Shown in pieces: positions 11,925 to 24,506 of a DNA stretch of 64,000 nucleotides. The translations under genes were made by a program, and so were the position numbers. A model generated the notes under the pieces. The model had not been told where the DNA came from, made no database searches, and saw only the letters and a program-made list of their open reading frames with translations. The stretch is taken from positions 41,480,001-41,544,000 of the forward strand of contig CM059432.1 in NCBI GenBank assembly GCA_030390025.1. Reading direction: 5' to 3'. Position 1 is the first letter of the stretch; each line of letters starts with the position of its first letter. This DNA comes from Squalus acanthias (Eukaryota).

Positions 11925-12512
11925 CCTTGGCTGGAAAATGGATTCACAGGTCTCTCCAGGCCGAGATTCAAGGCTGCAATGAGCAGGGTGTGGCTGGGGA
12001 GCAAGATCGCACCCCCCCCCTTTAAGAACTGGCCGGCGCCAGTGTGTCTGTGTTCCCTCGCTAACTGGCAGCACCTGCGCTGCGCTCGCGCTCTGAGTTA
12101 GCGCCTCACTCCTCGGCCTTTGCGCCTTAAGACAGGTGTGCAGCGCCTGATTTAGCGCTCCAATCACCTCCAGGGGCGTTAAAAGTGAAGTTTCCAGTCA
12201 GTGGCGATAATTAGCGCCAGGCGCTAATTTTTGCGCCCGGACGATATGTGCGCCCCAAACGGGGCGCGACTGAATTTATAGCCCATTCTGTTTTTCTATT
12301 CTTCCTACCAAAATGAATAACCTCACATTTCCCCACATTATACTCCATCTGCCATGTTATTGTCCACTCACTTAACCTGTCTATATCCCTTTGCAGGCTC
12401 TTTGTGTCCTCCTCACAGCTTACTTTCCCATCTAGCTTTTCATCGTCAGCAAATTTGGATACATTACACTTGGTCCCTTCATCTACGTCATTAATATAGA
12501 TTGTAAATAGCT

Positions 12513-15155
12513 GGCTACTGGGTGACAAGGAATATCCCCTCATGACATGGATTATGGCTCTGGTCAGGAACCCACGCACACATGCACAGCAGGCCTACAA
12601 TGAGAGCCATGCTGCCAACAAGGAACATTATAGAGCACACCACTGGCGTCCTCAAGCAAGACTTCTGCTGCCTGGACTGCTCTGGAGGAGCCCTGCAGTA
12701 CTCAGCTGAGCGGGTATCCAGATTTGTGGGAGTATGCTGCATGCTGCACAACCTGGCTCTTATGAGGTTATAGTCCATGTACCACCTATCAGGCGCGAAG
12801 TTGTGGAGCAGAAGCATGAGAAAGAGGAGGAGCATGAGGAGGAAGTGGAAGAGGAGGAAGTGAAACAGAAAGTGGAAGAAAAGGAAAAGGAATGGAGGCT
12901 GCAACATAGACAGTCCCTTTCTGCACAGGCTCTATGTGATCACATTATTCATGAGCGATACCAGTAACCTCAACCTCAACTGCCCATTCACCAACAGTCC
13001 CACGCTCCTTACCTTTCCTTTATAACTGGCCATCACATCGTTCTCTTTCCGACAACACAAAAACAAAAACCACCAGAAAATGCACATTCAAATCCAAATT
13101 TTATAAATTCACTCATTAAATAAGGCATACAAAATGAAACTAATCATCTTGTGCATTCCCTTAGTGCCTGCCTTCCATGTGCCTTTGCCTATCCTAGCGC
13201 TCCTATGAGGTGCTTCCCCAGTGGCTGCAGCATGGGTGGTGGAAGGCTGCTGATCTTCAATTGAGGAGACTGCAGATGGCCTTGGAGGACAACCTCGAGC
13301 AGCTCTGGGTCTAGAGTGCCCGTCTTCAGACTGCACCGTCTCGGTCTGGGCTGCAGCAGTCTGGGCTAGTTGGCTGACAGGCAACAGCAAGGGCTCTGCA
13401 GAATGGCAGGGGTGGGAGAAGGAATGCTGTCAGCTTGTGAGAGGACAGCGGGTTCGTGTTTCATGGAGCCACTACCAGTCTCCCGGGACGGCGCATCAGC
13501 AATTCTGCTGATCTATTGGAGAACAGTTTGATTGACTGCTGTGATGCCCTGGAAGTCCCTTTGAACAGTGGTATCCAGAGCCACGATGGCAGCAGTCTGA
13601 GCTCCCACTGCAGCACTCAGACCTTTGATGGAAGCTGTTTGTGCTGCAATGGAAGCTGTGACATCTGCCATCAGACACTGCATCATGGTGGGTTCTACAG
13701 GTGTGCTGATGGAGGTGACCACCCATTTCATATTCAAAAGGATGGGCTCCACGCTCTGCGCAAAGCCCGGTGCCAAGTTAGAGCTAGACTCTCCATGCTC
13801 CTTGACATTGTGTGCAGTCTTTCTAGCAGGCTTTCTAATGCACCAAGTATTTAGTTGTGTACACCCATCAGCCTATTCTGTAGCCTTTTTAAAATTCATT
13901 CACGGGATGTGGGCATTGGTGGCAAGGCCAACATTTATTGCCCATCCCTAATTGCTCATGAGAAGGTGGTGGTGAGCCACCTTCTTGAACTGCTGCAGTC
14001 CGTGTGGTGAAGGTACTCCCACAGTGCTGTTAGGGAGGGAGTTCCAGGATTTTGACCCAGCGACGATGAAGGAACGGCGATATATTTTCAAGTCAGGATG
14101 GTGTGTGACTTGAGGGGAACTTGGAGGTGGTGGTGTTCCCATGCACCTGCTTGTCATTCTAGGTGGTAGAGGTCATGGGTTTGGGAGATGCTGTCGAGAT
14201 AGCCTTGGCAAGTTGCTGATGTGCATCTTGCAGATGGCACATACTGCAGCCACGTTGCGCCGGTGGTGGAGGGAATGAATGGTGATGGATAGGGTACCAA
14301 TCAAGTGGCTGCTTTGTCCTGGATGGTGTCAAGCTTCTTGAGTGTTGTTGGAGCTGCACTCATCCAGGCAAGTGGAGAGTATTCCATCAAACTTCTGACT
14401 TCTGCCGTGTAGGTGGTGGAAAGGCTTGGAACAGTGCTAAGTGTGTGAGGGTGAGGTAAAGCATATGAACTGCAGGATTGAGTACTGATTGATTGGGATT
14501 GTTGGTAGGTGTGTGATGGGGATGCAATGAATTGAGCAGTTTATGAGGCTGCTGGTGCAGTTGGTAGGATAGGCCATTTGAAGATTAAACTCACTCACCT
14601 TGACAGCTTGTGTCAGATCGGTAAACTTCTTCCTGCACTGAATCCATGTTCTTGGAACTACATTCCTGGCATTGAACTCTGCCACTACTTTTTCCCACTG
14701 CCTCCTGAGCATATATGTGGAGAGCCTCCTGCCTCCCCTTTGGATACAGGATGTCTCTCCTTCTCTCCACATCTTGCACCAAGACCTCTAGTGCATTGTC
14801 GGAAAACCTTGGTGCTCGCTCTCTCTCTCTCGCATGTTCAGCCATTCCTCCATGTATCACAGCACAGATTTAGTTTTTAAACAACTCCCACCATTTTCTC
14901 CAGCCACAATGCACCTTCCCTTTAAGAGGTGCAGGCTGCCTTTAAGTAGCGCTAGCCACTCGCGATATTGGGCACCCTGCCGAAGCGTGCAGTCAATGAA
15001 CAACGCGGCTAGTGCTGGCTGGACACAGCAGTCATGTGAAGCATGAGGCAGCACCAATTTAATATGCTGCCTGCAACGCAATGAATGGGCGCAGATTAAT
15101 CACGTACCGTGATCCCCACCCCCGTTTTCTTGATATCTGCAAGAATTTTCAGTGC
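12513..15155 (+). mobile_element. Decayed Harbinger copy B (transposase C-terminus on +, Myb gene remnants on -)
   Basis: RNIIEHTTGVLKQ...GGALQYS...CCMLHNL at 12.5-12.8 kb; RERAPRFSD...RTWIQCRKKF at 14845-14599 followed by GTGAGT donor; exon-3 homology at 13140-13880. Confidence 0.88.
13885..14427 (-). mobile_element. 3' fragment of a second CR1-group LINE family (family B) inside Harbinger B
   Basis: SFIVAGSKSWNSLP...FKKVAHHHLL; same tail as 31566-32070 and 52406 onward. Confidence 0.85.
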
Positions 15156-15198
15156 TGTAACAAACAAAGGGCACCATGAGGTGGTGTGTGAGAGTAAG

Positions 15199-15367
15199 GG
15201 GGTGAACATGCTCTTCACCATTCATGCAAAACGGGCTCATAGCGAATATCGGCAGCTTATTTTACACCGTGCCCAATCCTTTTTCTATTGATGCCGTGGA
15301 GTAAAACGGGCTGCCGATTCGCTATGAGCCTGTTTTGCACTACTGGCAAAGACCAATTTCACCTCCC
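15199..15367. mobile_element. Small palindromic MITE
   Basis: TGCAAAACGGGCTCATAGCGAATATCGGCAGC pairs with GCTGCCGATTCGCTATGAGCCTGTTTTGCA; termini GGGGTGAAC / ATTTCACCTCC. Confidence 0.7.
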
Positions 15368-16362
15368 ATGTGTATAAACATACACTCATTTATCTTTTGA
15401 ATAACAGTTGTATTTCTATAGTATTCATCATGCAGGAAGACATCTTAAAGTACTTAAATAAGGCAAAAAAAAAGTCTTATTTTAGGGAATTTTAATTTGA
15501 TCCATGTTTTTCTTTACATTCCCAGAAATAGATTTTGCTACCTTTCAGCAGTAACTTGATTGTCAATAAGGAGGAATAAAATAACCATTACATATTTGCT
15601 TTCATAAGGGATCTCATCAATTGTTTGTCTAATGGATTACCAGAGATTATAATCCACTCAGCTGGCAAAAGAAACAATTGGGTGTAATAATTCGAAATTG
15701 CATCAATATTGTGCTACATTTTGGAGCTAATAGTCCATTTTAAACTCTCATCCCTGTGGAAATTAAAAATGTCTATAAGCTGATAGGTGCATAAAAGGAT
15801 TAGGGCAAAATTCATAATGGAATGAAAGTTAATATCCACTGAACAAATAACATGGCATCCTAATTCCTTAAATGTGGAGTTATTCCAGGCTTTTAAAGCT
15901 GATTGAATTGTATTCTCAAAAATCCTCCAGTTTATAAATCTCCAAAGCTTAACCCTGTCCTAAATATCACTAACACTGTACAGCAAAGTGTATCAACTTG
16001 ACTTCAGTTAGATTTTTGTATATATGTATCTATGAGTTACTGACTATCTTTTCCCTGTTCCTCTCGCTAGCTTTACCCGGGCACACATCGTATCCTAGTA
16101 GATAGGAGTCTCTTTTAAGGCTCTGTTAATGCCACTCTATTAACTTTCATTAGCAGATCTCAGGAATGGCCCAGCTGAGTTCCTCTTACTTTTCACCCCT
16201 TTTTATGGAAATCACCAGATCTTTGCACAGTACCTTTATCATGATGCCACATTGATAGGAAGATTTCAACTCTATCACAGACTCCATAATACATTTACAA
16301 TTTTTTAAATAAATACAAATAGCCTCGGACATTCCAGTACTGAGCCAATCACTCCACCACAA

Positions 16363-17271
16363 AGAAACATAGAAACATAGAAGATAGGAGCAGGAGTAGG
16401 CCATTCGGCCCCTCGAGCCTGCTCCGCCATTCGATGAGATCATGGCTGATCATCCAAACTCAGTACGATGTACCTGCCTTCTCCCCATATCCCTTGATAC
16501 CTTTAGCTTTAAGAAATATATCTAACTCATTCTTGAATATATTTAATGACTTGGCCTCAACTACCTTCTGTGGTAGAGAATTCCACAGGTTCACCACTCT
16601 CTGGGTGAAGAAATTCTTCCTAATTTCTGTCCTAAATGGCTTACCCATTATCCTTAGATTATGACCCCTGGTTCTGGACTCTCCGACCATCAGGAACATT
16701 CTTCCTGCATCTAGTTTGTCCAGACATGTCAGAATTTTATATGTTTCGATGAGATCCCCTCTCATTCTTCTATACTCCAGCGAGTATAAGCCCCATCGAC
16801 CCAATCTCTCCTCATATGTCATTCCTGCCATCCCAGGTATCAGCCTTGTGAATCTTCGCTGAACTCCTTCCATGGCAAGAACATCCTTCCTCAGATAAGG
16901 CGACCAAAACTGCACACAGTACTCAAGGTGTGGTCTCACCAAGGCCCTGTACAACTGCAGCAGGACATCCCTGTTCCTATACACAAACCCTTTCGCTATG
17001 AAGGCCAACATACCATTTGCCTTCTTCACCGCCTGCTGCACCTGCATGCTTACTTTCAGCGACTGGTGCACAAGGACACCCAGGTCTTGTTGCACTTCCC
17101 CTTCTCCCAATCTATTGCCATTCAGATAATAGTCTGCTTTTCTGTTTTTGACACCAAAGTGGATAACCTCGCATTTATCCACATTATATTGCATCTGCCA
17201 CGCTTCTGCCCACTCACCCAACCTGTCCAAATCATCCTGGAGTTTCTCGGTATCCTCCTCGCAGCACACAC
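16363..17271 (-). mobile_element. 5'-truncated CR1 LINE, same young subfamily as 4617-6194
   Basis: ORF 16460-17314 is nearly identical to the C-half of 4658-6097; intact tail. Confidence 0.95.
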
Positions 17272-17295
17272 ATGGTGCAATAAGCACACTGGAAA

Positions 17296-17500
17296 TCATA
17301 GAATCTTGCAGCACAGAAGAAGGCCATTCAACTCATCGTGCTCTTTTAAAGAGCTATCCAATTAGACCCACTCCCCTGGTCTTTCCCTATAGCCCTGCAA
17401 ATTTTTCCTTTTCAAATATTTATCCAATTCTCTTTTGAAAGTTACTATTGAATCTGCTTCCACCACCATTTTAGGCGGTGCAATCCAGATAACAATTCGC
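17296..17500 (-). mobile_element. CR1 3' tail fragment (other subfamily)
   Basis: Matches 61581-61970 and the reverse complement of 41005-41365. Confidence 0.75.
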
Positions 17501-18207
17501 TATGTAAAACAAATGAATCAAATTTTGCAATATAACTGCCATTTTGCTAATATTTAATTTTATTATTGTGAAACCATCTATGCAACTAATGATTAAAAAA
17601 AAAATCTGCCTGCATTGTTCAAAGAGCGTCAACAGTTCCAACGATAGCCTAAAACCTTGGTGCATCATTTTACTATGTTTCTAGATGCTGCACATTTCTG
17701 GTGATTGTGAAGTATTTTGTTAAGAATTGTTTGCTTGTGTCTTTCACCTGCATTATCACTGTCAGTATTGCAGCAGCAGCAGCACCCATGAATACAGCAG
17801 CAATCAGCTGAAAGATGACTGATTGCATCCATTTTTAAGAGTTCAGCTAAAGATTAGGTGCATGACAAAGCTTCAAAATAATTGACCTGTGATGAAAGAA
17901 CAATAAAAGGTGTCCACCCAGGCCTGCAAACTGTCACTCTGTTGGCATGAAACTCGCTAGGCTCCTTTATATTACAGGAGTGCAGCCAGCAGACAATGTG
18001 GTTCACTCTCCATTGGCTGTACTCCATATGTATTAGCACCCCCACACTTGGGGAATTATAGCAATTGGGTCTCAGTATCCATAGTGGAATCCAGTGCTAC
18101 TGGCACCCAACTTTTAAAAAATGGGAGGGCGTTTCAGAAGGCCACTATCCTTGAACAGGAGGGAAAGAACCAGGCTACATATAAGCATCTCATTATTTTG
18201 GTAACAA

Positions 18208-18956
18208 TGGCCTGAATTTTATGGGGCCTATGACCGCGTATACTGTGTGTACGCGGCCGTAAATGTCTCACAAGTTCCGGGTTTCCGCATGCGCTGTGCA
18301 TGCACGAAAACCCGGAACTTGCGATCTGTCAAGTTTCAGCTTGACAGATCATCCGCATGCGCAGGAAATGGACATTCGCTGGCAGAGAGTTGGGCTATTT
18401 GCCCAACTACTGCCCAGCGAATGTCCGTGAAACTCTTACGCCTGGTAAAAGCAGGCATAGGGCCTGCTTTTACCAGCGTAAGGGTTTAAATAAATATTAA
18501 AATAATTTTTCGAAAATCATTTAAACATTCAAAAACCTTTACAATTATTTTAGGTTATTTTTGGTCCCTTGAAAAATGCTTAAATTTATTGTTCAAAAAT
18601 TAAATTTTTGGTTTAAATGTTTAATTAAAGTGTATTTTAATTAATTTTAAACATGTGATGATTTATTTTTATTTAGGTTGTGTGAAAATGTATTTTTTAG
18701 GGGATTCCTAACATGCTCATGGGGATTCCGTATGTAAATGGAATCTCCATAAGCATAATGGGAATCCCCCTTTTTGATTGGTTGGGCCAGCCCACGTGTT
18801 CCCAAGGACACTTGCGAACCGCATGCGCCCCTGGGATACGTGGGCCTTTACGCAGGCATACGCCTACAGGCCCAGGAGGCAGCGGGTAAGTGCGGATTTT
18901 ACTTGCGGTTCTGAGGTATTCACCCGCGGGAAGCCTACGACTGCAATTTCAGGTCC
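18208..18956. mobile_element. MITE-like element with CpG-rich arms and AT-rich core
   Basis: Ends TGGCCTGAATTTT and rc GGACCTGAAATTG; AT core ~18487-18700; same layout as 25404-26160. Confidence 0.65.
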
Positions 18957-19143
18957 ATTTTTTTGTGCGTTCTGTGCTTTGAAAAGGACCCCACAGCTCT
19001 ATGTATCTCAGTTTGTCTCATGCTGGGTCCAGCAATTTTTTCTCCTAATAACACAGTGTGGTTTGTATCTACCCAGGTCTTTACATCAGGAATAACAAAC
19101 ATATTTTTGACTTTTATGAGGGGCACACAATCAACTGTAACAA

Positions 19144-19456
19144 GGGTAACACGGTGGCATAGTGGTTAGCACTGTTGCCTCACAGCGCTAGGGACCCGGG
19201 TTCGAATCCGGCTTCGGGTGACTGTCTGTGTGGAGTTTGCACATTCTCCCCGTGTCTGCATGGGTTTCCTCCGGGTGCTCCGGTTTCCTCCCACAGTCCA
19301 AAGATGTGCGGGTTAGGTTGATTTGGCTATGATAAATTGACCCTTAGTTTTAGGGGGATTAAATACGTGGGGTTACGGGGATAGGGTGGGATATGTGTCG
19401 GTGCAGGCTCTAAATGGGCCGAAATGGCCTCTATCTGCACTGTGGGGATTCTGTGA
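19144..19456 (+). mobile_element. tRNA-derived V-SINE (HE1-like)
   Basis: A box TGGCATAGTGG (19155), B box GGTTCGAATCC (19199), V-domain GTGGAGTTTGCACATTCTCCCCGTG...TCCGGTTTCCTCCCACAGTCCAAAGA, CR1-type tail. Confidence 0.93.
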
Positions 19457-21469
19457 ACTGTGGTGTTCTGCAGAGCATCATACGAGCATGAATCAGTGTG
19501 CATGCTAAAAGTAAGCCAATTCTTTTAGTTCCTCAATCAGGATACCCCATAATCTTATTATGATGTTTTACATACTTATCACATTTTGCATGTGATGTTA
19601 TGAGTTATTTTCAGTTCTTTATTAAGTGGCAGGGAAGGTGAAGGTAGGAGTCATAAAATGCTGAGGTAGACCAGAGAGGAAATTTGTGGTGCAGTGAGAA
19701 CCTGTGAAGACTGTAATGTCAGCTCTGTGAACTATCAATATAATGGCATCAACATTGGAACCCTCCCCCCTCAATCCCACACCCTATTCAGTGTTATCAT
19801 AAGTGCTGTGTTCCATTTAAAACCACCCAGGCTGCTTGTTTTCCACTTTAATTGTTAATGTTCTCCAGGCTTTTTTTTGTTGAAAAATGTATTACTTAAG
19901 AGAAGCTATCTATGAGCCAGCTGGATGTCATGTAGAGTTACATTGCAGGCTCAGTTTTTCCACCCCTGGGATTAGGTTCAGTGGTCAAGTTGTCTGAAAA
20001 GAGGCAGGAAGTGAGAAACTGCTTCATGTCTTGTGATATGAAAACAGTTCTCGATATTTAGAACCAAATGGCTTGTTTTATTTTGGCACAGTTCCACATG
20101 TAGGTTGAAAGCACTGTGCTGCAATAACCTGTTTTGCAGACAAGAGTTTAAAAAAAAAATTGAGCCTTTGTTTCTTCAGAGCATCTTTGAAAAGAGCAGC
20201 AGGCAATCAGTCTGCTTGTGCAGCACTAGGATAATTTCATGATATATCCGGATCACATGTTGCATTTCCAGGCTCTGATTTCAACCTTCCTGACAAATAC
20301 ATCAGTAGTTTGGTAAATTTTCAGCTGAACCACATGGTGGGACATTTCACTTTCAGATAATCATCTATTGGCTGGAATAGGAAAACCTAGCTGGCACATT
20401 TCTGGGCAGTGCACACCTCCTACCGGTCACTCCATGAAGCTACTTTGTTCTTTTAGCTCTGACGTCTCCTTGTCTTACTTTCCTGGATTGAGTCACAGTA
20501 GTTGTGCCAAAGGCCTTTTGTAGAAAATAGAAGGTGAACGTGATGAATTTGGAAATATAAACCATCAAATGACTTCAGTAAGTATAAGTCAGAAACACTA
20601 TTAAACTGGACACAGCAACATGTACTTTCCATTAACTATTGTCAGAAACAACATATATTTATTTTATACTGGCAAAAATGTTGTTAAAGTAGATAAGTTA
20701 TTTTTAAAAGTGCAAGTTTGAAAAATTTGCCAGCCTCTTTGGACTGCACATGGATCCATCATTGTAACATCGAACCACAATGCCCTTCTAGTCATGTGAG
20801 CTCACATTGTGATTGTTTGACAGAACCTCTAGCAATGTATCACAGGAAGCAGAAAACATTGGTCACAAACATGTCAGAATGTACACATATGATATATACA
20901 AGACAAAATCCTAAAATAAAAATGATTATGATGCATGTCACAGACCAGGGGTTCATGGAGAATAGACAACCAAATGAACGGTGCTGTTGCAGAACTCATG
21001 ATTGTCACAGACCTGTGAAAGTTAAGTTGGCCAAGAGACAAGTGGTTTATTTCTCACATGCCACTTGTCTCCAATATGCTATGAAACAGGATTAGTTAAC
21101 CTCACCGCCTCCACTATTAAACTATTCTTCAGTGAATGTTTACGCAATACAGCGCATAGATCCATTGACTCATGTTTTACCTACCTCTGACTCATAAAAA
21201 TCTAATAACTTCTGCTATGCTCTCCTCCTACATTTACTACTGCCAGCACTAACCTTGTTGCAATAAAACAAATTTTCAGCTGACCATATTTAACCAGATC
21301 ATAATGGAAATGCTGAACCAATTAGCGACAAAGTTGACTTATGATGTGTCCTCGGCTACAGTTACACTGCAGCTACCAATCTTGAGACTGGTTCGAGACT
21401 AAAACCCACCAAAAACTAAAAACACCACTTGGTTTCATTATTGGGGATTACATTGAATTAAGACTGCAT

Positions 21470-21680
21470 GAGGTAAAAATTACGATCTAGCACTCAGGCA
21501 GAGTTTTGTGTGACGAGAGCACCTATCGTGATTTCAGGCATGGAGGGCAATGTGTCTTATGGATGGAAGATTGTGCTGAATGCAAATCAGGTAAACTGCC
21601 CTCCAAGCCCAAATTTCCAATAGGTGCTCCTGTCCCGTAAAACTGTGAGCCAAGAGGACTAAATCGTAAAATGTACTCCC
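21470..21680. mobile_element. Old palindromic MITE
   Basis: ~60-bp degenerate inverted arms (TTACGATCTAG...GAGCACCTAT / ATAGGTGCTC...CTAAATCGTAA). Confidence 0.62.
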
Positions 21681-22259
21681 ACATTTTAGTGTTTAAATTT
21701 TTCCAGTGTTACAACTCCAATTTAAACAAGGTATTTTTACAATCAACAGATGTTTATCTAGCCAACTAAGACAATTTTTGGTGGACATGTAATAGGATTA
21801 CTCCAGTGTACAATGATTTAATTGTTTGTAATCTTGGCTTGAGCTACACATTTCAAAACACTAATACATGTTTTGCAGCACTCAGCAATTCTAACAGCTA
21901 CAGAAACCTTGCTGACTTTGCAAAATAATTTGCCCAACCCTTTCAATGCCCCTATGCTGCAGGCACTCCTGGGCTACTCCCATGAAAACCAGATTTAAAT
22001 TTGCTGTATTACATCACAAACAAGCATTTGAGTTTCACTGTGGTCTTCTTTGTGTCTACTCTTTATTTGCCATTTCTGCCCTTTACTGTCCGCCTGTGAG
22101 AATGTATGTTCATTTTCATAGGTCTAAGGACTAATTTCTGCCTGGTATGGGCCTAGACCGCTGCTCTGACCCTGCACTTCAATCTGAGGTTAAATAAATG
22201 TTGTCACTCCCGGTACCCAGCGCATAACATGCTGTGGTCAGGTGGTGGGTTGTCCGCTA

Positions 22260-22480
22260 GCGCCCTTAAAAGGGGATGGGCTACAAATTTTGAAAATGGC
22301 AGATCAGCACCTTTCCAAGAAACTTTTTGGAGGTGCTTCTGGAGGAGGAGCTACAATGAGTGTAAGAGGCACCCTATAGTCAGGAGTACCGCCAGAGCAG
22401 CCTGGGTGGAGGTGACAGAGAGAATTAATGCTGTCTCACCTATGGCCTAAATCTGAGAGCAAGTGAGCAAGAAATTTGCA
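22260..22480 (+). pseudogene. Highly decayed Myb/SANT-like exon, Harbinger relic
   Basis: AAWVEVTERINAVSP..EQVSKKF resembles WxEVAxxV...QCxKKF of copies A-D. Confidence 0.55.
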
Positions 22481-23158
22481 GCGCTACACAATTGCACTAA
22501 TGTTCCTTCTGACCCCATGAAAAACATTTTAAAAACTTGTACTTGAGCATGCTGCAGCAATCCATGTAAGGACCTGCTGGTTAGGCTGCTCTATGCCAAG
22601 TACCAAAGGGTGGAGCTTGCGTGGCGTACACTCTGCCCAATGGTACCTGGAAATTGCATTGCTGTTCTCTGTATGTCATCGGACCTCAATTTGAGTACAT
22701 TAACGAGGCCGCCCATTTTTAGGACTGGATGGATTAGCAGTGGGAGCAGGCTAATAAGTAGTGCCCTGCCATTTTCTCTGTGCTATTGCCCCATTCGCAC
22801 CCAAAAACGGGCACAACAGGGGTCCCCAGTGTTTGTAATCAGAAAGCTGTGGTAAAATCATGAAACAATTTTGGAAGGAACAAATGAAATGCTTTAAATG
22901 ATAGATACCTACAACTGTCTTCATAGAGTATAGTACTAAAAGGAGTTGGCCTGTTGCATCCTTTGTGCCTCCTCCTGTATTTGGCTTTGCTAAGTCACCC
23001 ATTCTATCCTGATGCTGCCTGTTGGTATGGATAGAAGATGAACAGGGAATGGGTTGTGTGCTTCATAGCAGAACTCCAGTGTGCCAACATTACTGTTTCC
23101 AGGTTTATCCTTTTTCATTTGAATTCCGGAATTTACCTTTGGTGGTGGTTGAACACGT

Positions 23159-23478
23159 GGGCAACACGGTGGCATAGTGGTTAGCACTGTTGCCTCACAG
23201 CGCCAGGGACCCGGGTTCGAATCTGGCCTCGGGTGACTGTCTGGGTGGAGTTTGCACATTCTCCCCGTGTTTGCGTGGGTTTCCTCCGGGTGCTCCGGTT
23301 TCCTCCCACAGTCCAAAGATGTGCGGGTTAGGTTGATTTGGCTATGATAAATTGACCCATAGTATTAGGGGGGATTAAATACGTGGGGTTACGGGGATAG
23401 GGTGGGATATGTGTTGGTGCAGGCTCGATGGGCCGAAATGGCCTCTATCTGCACTGTGGGGATTCTGTGATTCTGTGA
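23159..23478 (+). mobile_element. tRNA-derived V-SINE (HE1-like), second copy
   Basis: Near-identical to 19144-19456. Confidence 0.93.
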
Positions 23479-23519
23479 ATCAGGTTTAACCCTAAAATGA
23501 GAATCATTACTCATTGGTT

Positions 23520-23734
23520 GGGCTAAATATTACAATTTAGCACTCCAGGTGCACAACTTTGCACGATTGAATTGTGTAGTGGGAATTTAGGCAAGAGGGC
23601 CCGACTCATGGCCTGTATGATTTTTCTTCCAAAATGGTGTAAGCTGACCTCCACAGTCCACACCTAAATTTCTGCTTTGTGTTTCTGTCAGGTGAAGATC
23701 TGCACTGGGAGCACTAAATCATGAAATTTACCCC
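23520..23734. mobile_element. Old palindromic MITE
   Basis: GGGCTAAATATTACAATTTAGCACTCCAGGTGCA versus rc end GGGGTAAATTTCATGATTTAGTGCTCCCAGTGCA. Confidence 0.62.
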
Positions 23735-24506
23735 ATCATCCTTTCATTCTTCGAAAGTTCTTTTCAATACAAACCACTGAATCAAGCCTTTAATGACAAC
23801 AGTACCCAGAAAGTATCTTATTATAGTCCTGTTGCCTGGAAACGTTAAAGCATGACCTCATTTGGCATGACTATAGACAGTTTGGGGATTTTCCTACACC
23901 TTAATAATGAGCAGAAATACAAATCTGTTTTGTTTTACAGTTCAGTTCAGACTTAGGTTTCGTATTCCCAGCTGAAGGAGTCTAACTCTTCAGATTATGA
24001 TTTTATTACCAGCTTGAAGCAAGATTTTTGTTTCGAACTTTGGTACAACTTTGAAACTATTGTTATCCAAGATTAAGGCCACGAAATTCCCCCTCTTTGC
24101 GCCGGCATTTAAGGCTGGTTTCGGCAAAAAAATGGGGGCTGCCTCGCTTCCGGCCACTTCCGGCAGCTGTTGCCTGCGCTCGCCAGAAGAATGTTAATGA
24201 GACAGATTTTGACGTCAATCAGTGTGCAACGCTGATTTGACACATGTCCTGCTATTTTGGGCCTCACCGCTCAACTGCATGCCCTCTCCAAAGCACGCAC
24301 ATGCGTTCAGCTGCACAAGGGACTCCCCACCAGTGATATTTAAAGGGATCATCAGCAACTTTCAGATAACTTGCTTCTTGATTTCTACTGGCTCTGTGTT
24401 AGTTTATGGAATGGTTTGGAGCTTTCTACAGTTATTTAAAGTTGGTGAGGTGACAGGAAGTAGTGCTGAAAGTGGAGAAGGCCTTGCTTCTGAATTCAAG
24501 GGTTAA

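Larger units (their letters stand above)
8044..12284 (+). mobile_element. Near-intact autonomous PIF/Harbinger transposon (copy A, 4241 bp)
   Basis: TIRs GGGGGAAAAATTCAGT and rc GGGCTATAAATTCAGT; 3-bp TSD ATT (8041-8043, 12285-12287); convergent transposase (+) and Myb/SANT-like (-) genes. Confidence 0.96.
7069..12512 (-). mobile_element. CR1 LINE split by two insertions (segments 7069-7809, 8020-8043, 12288-12512)
   Basis: ORF 7166-7711 is the CR1 C-terminus; KFADD lies in 12288-12512. Sequence is continuous once both inserts and their TSDs are removed. Confidence 0.92.

Noticed and set aside
11181..12167. 328-aa ORF with 18-aa repeats as a real protein
   Set aside because: It is upstream sequence plus Myb exon 1 plus intron read-through; the spliced model fits better and is shared by other copies.
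19144..19215. tRNA gene (also at 23159)
   Set aside because: The A/B boxes run into a V-domain and LINE tail, so these are SINE heads.
20524..20577. Possible 54-nt exon KIEGERDEFGNINHQMTS
   Set aside because: Good donor but weak acceptor and no other support.
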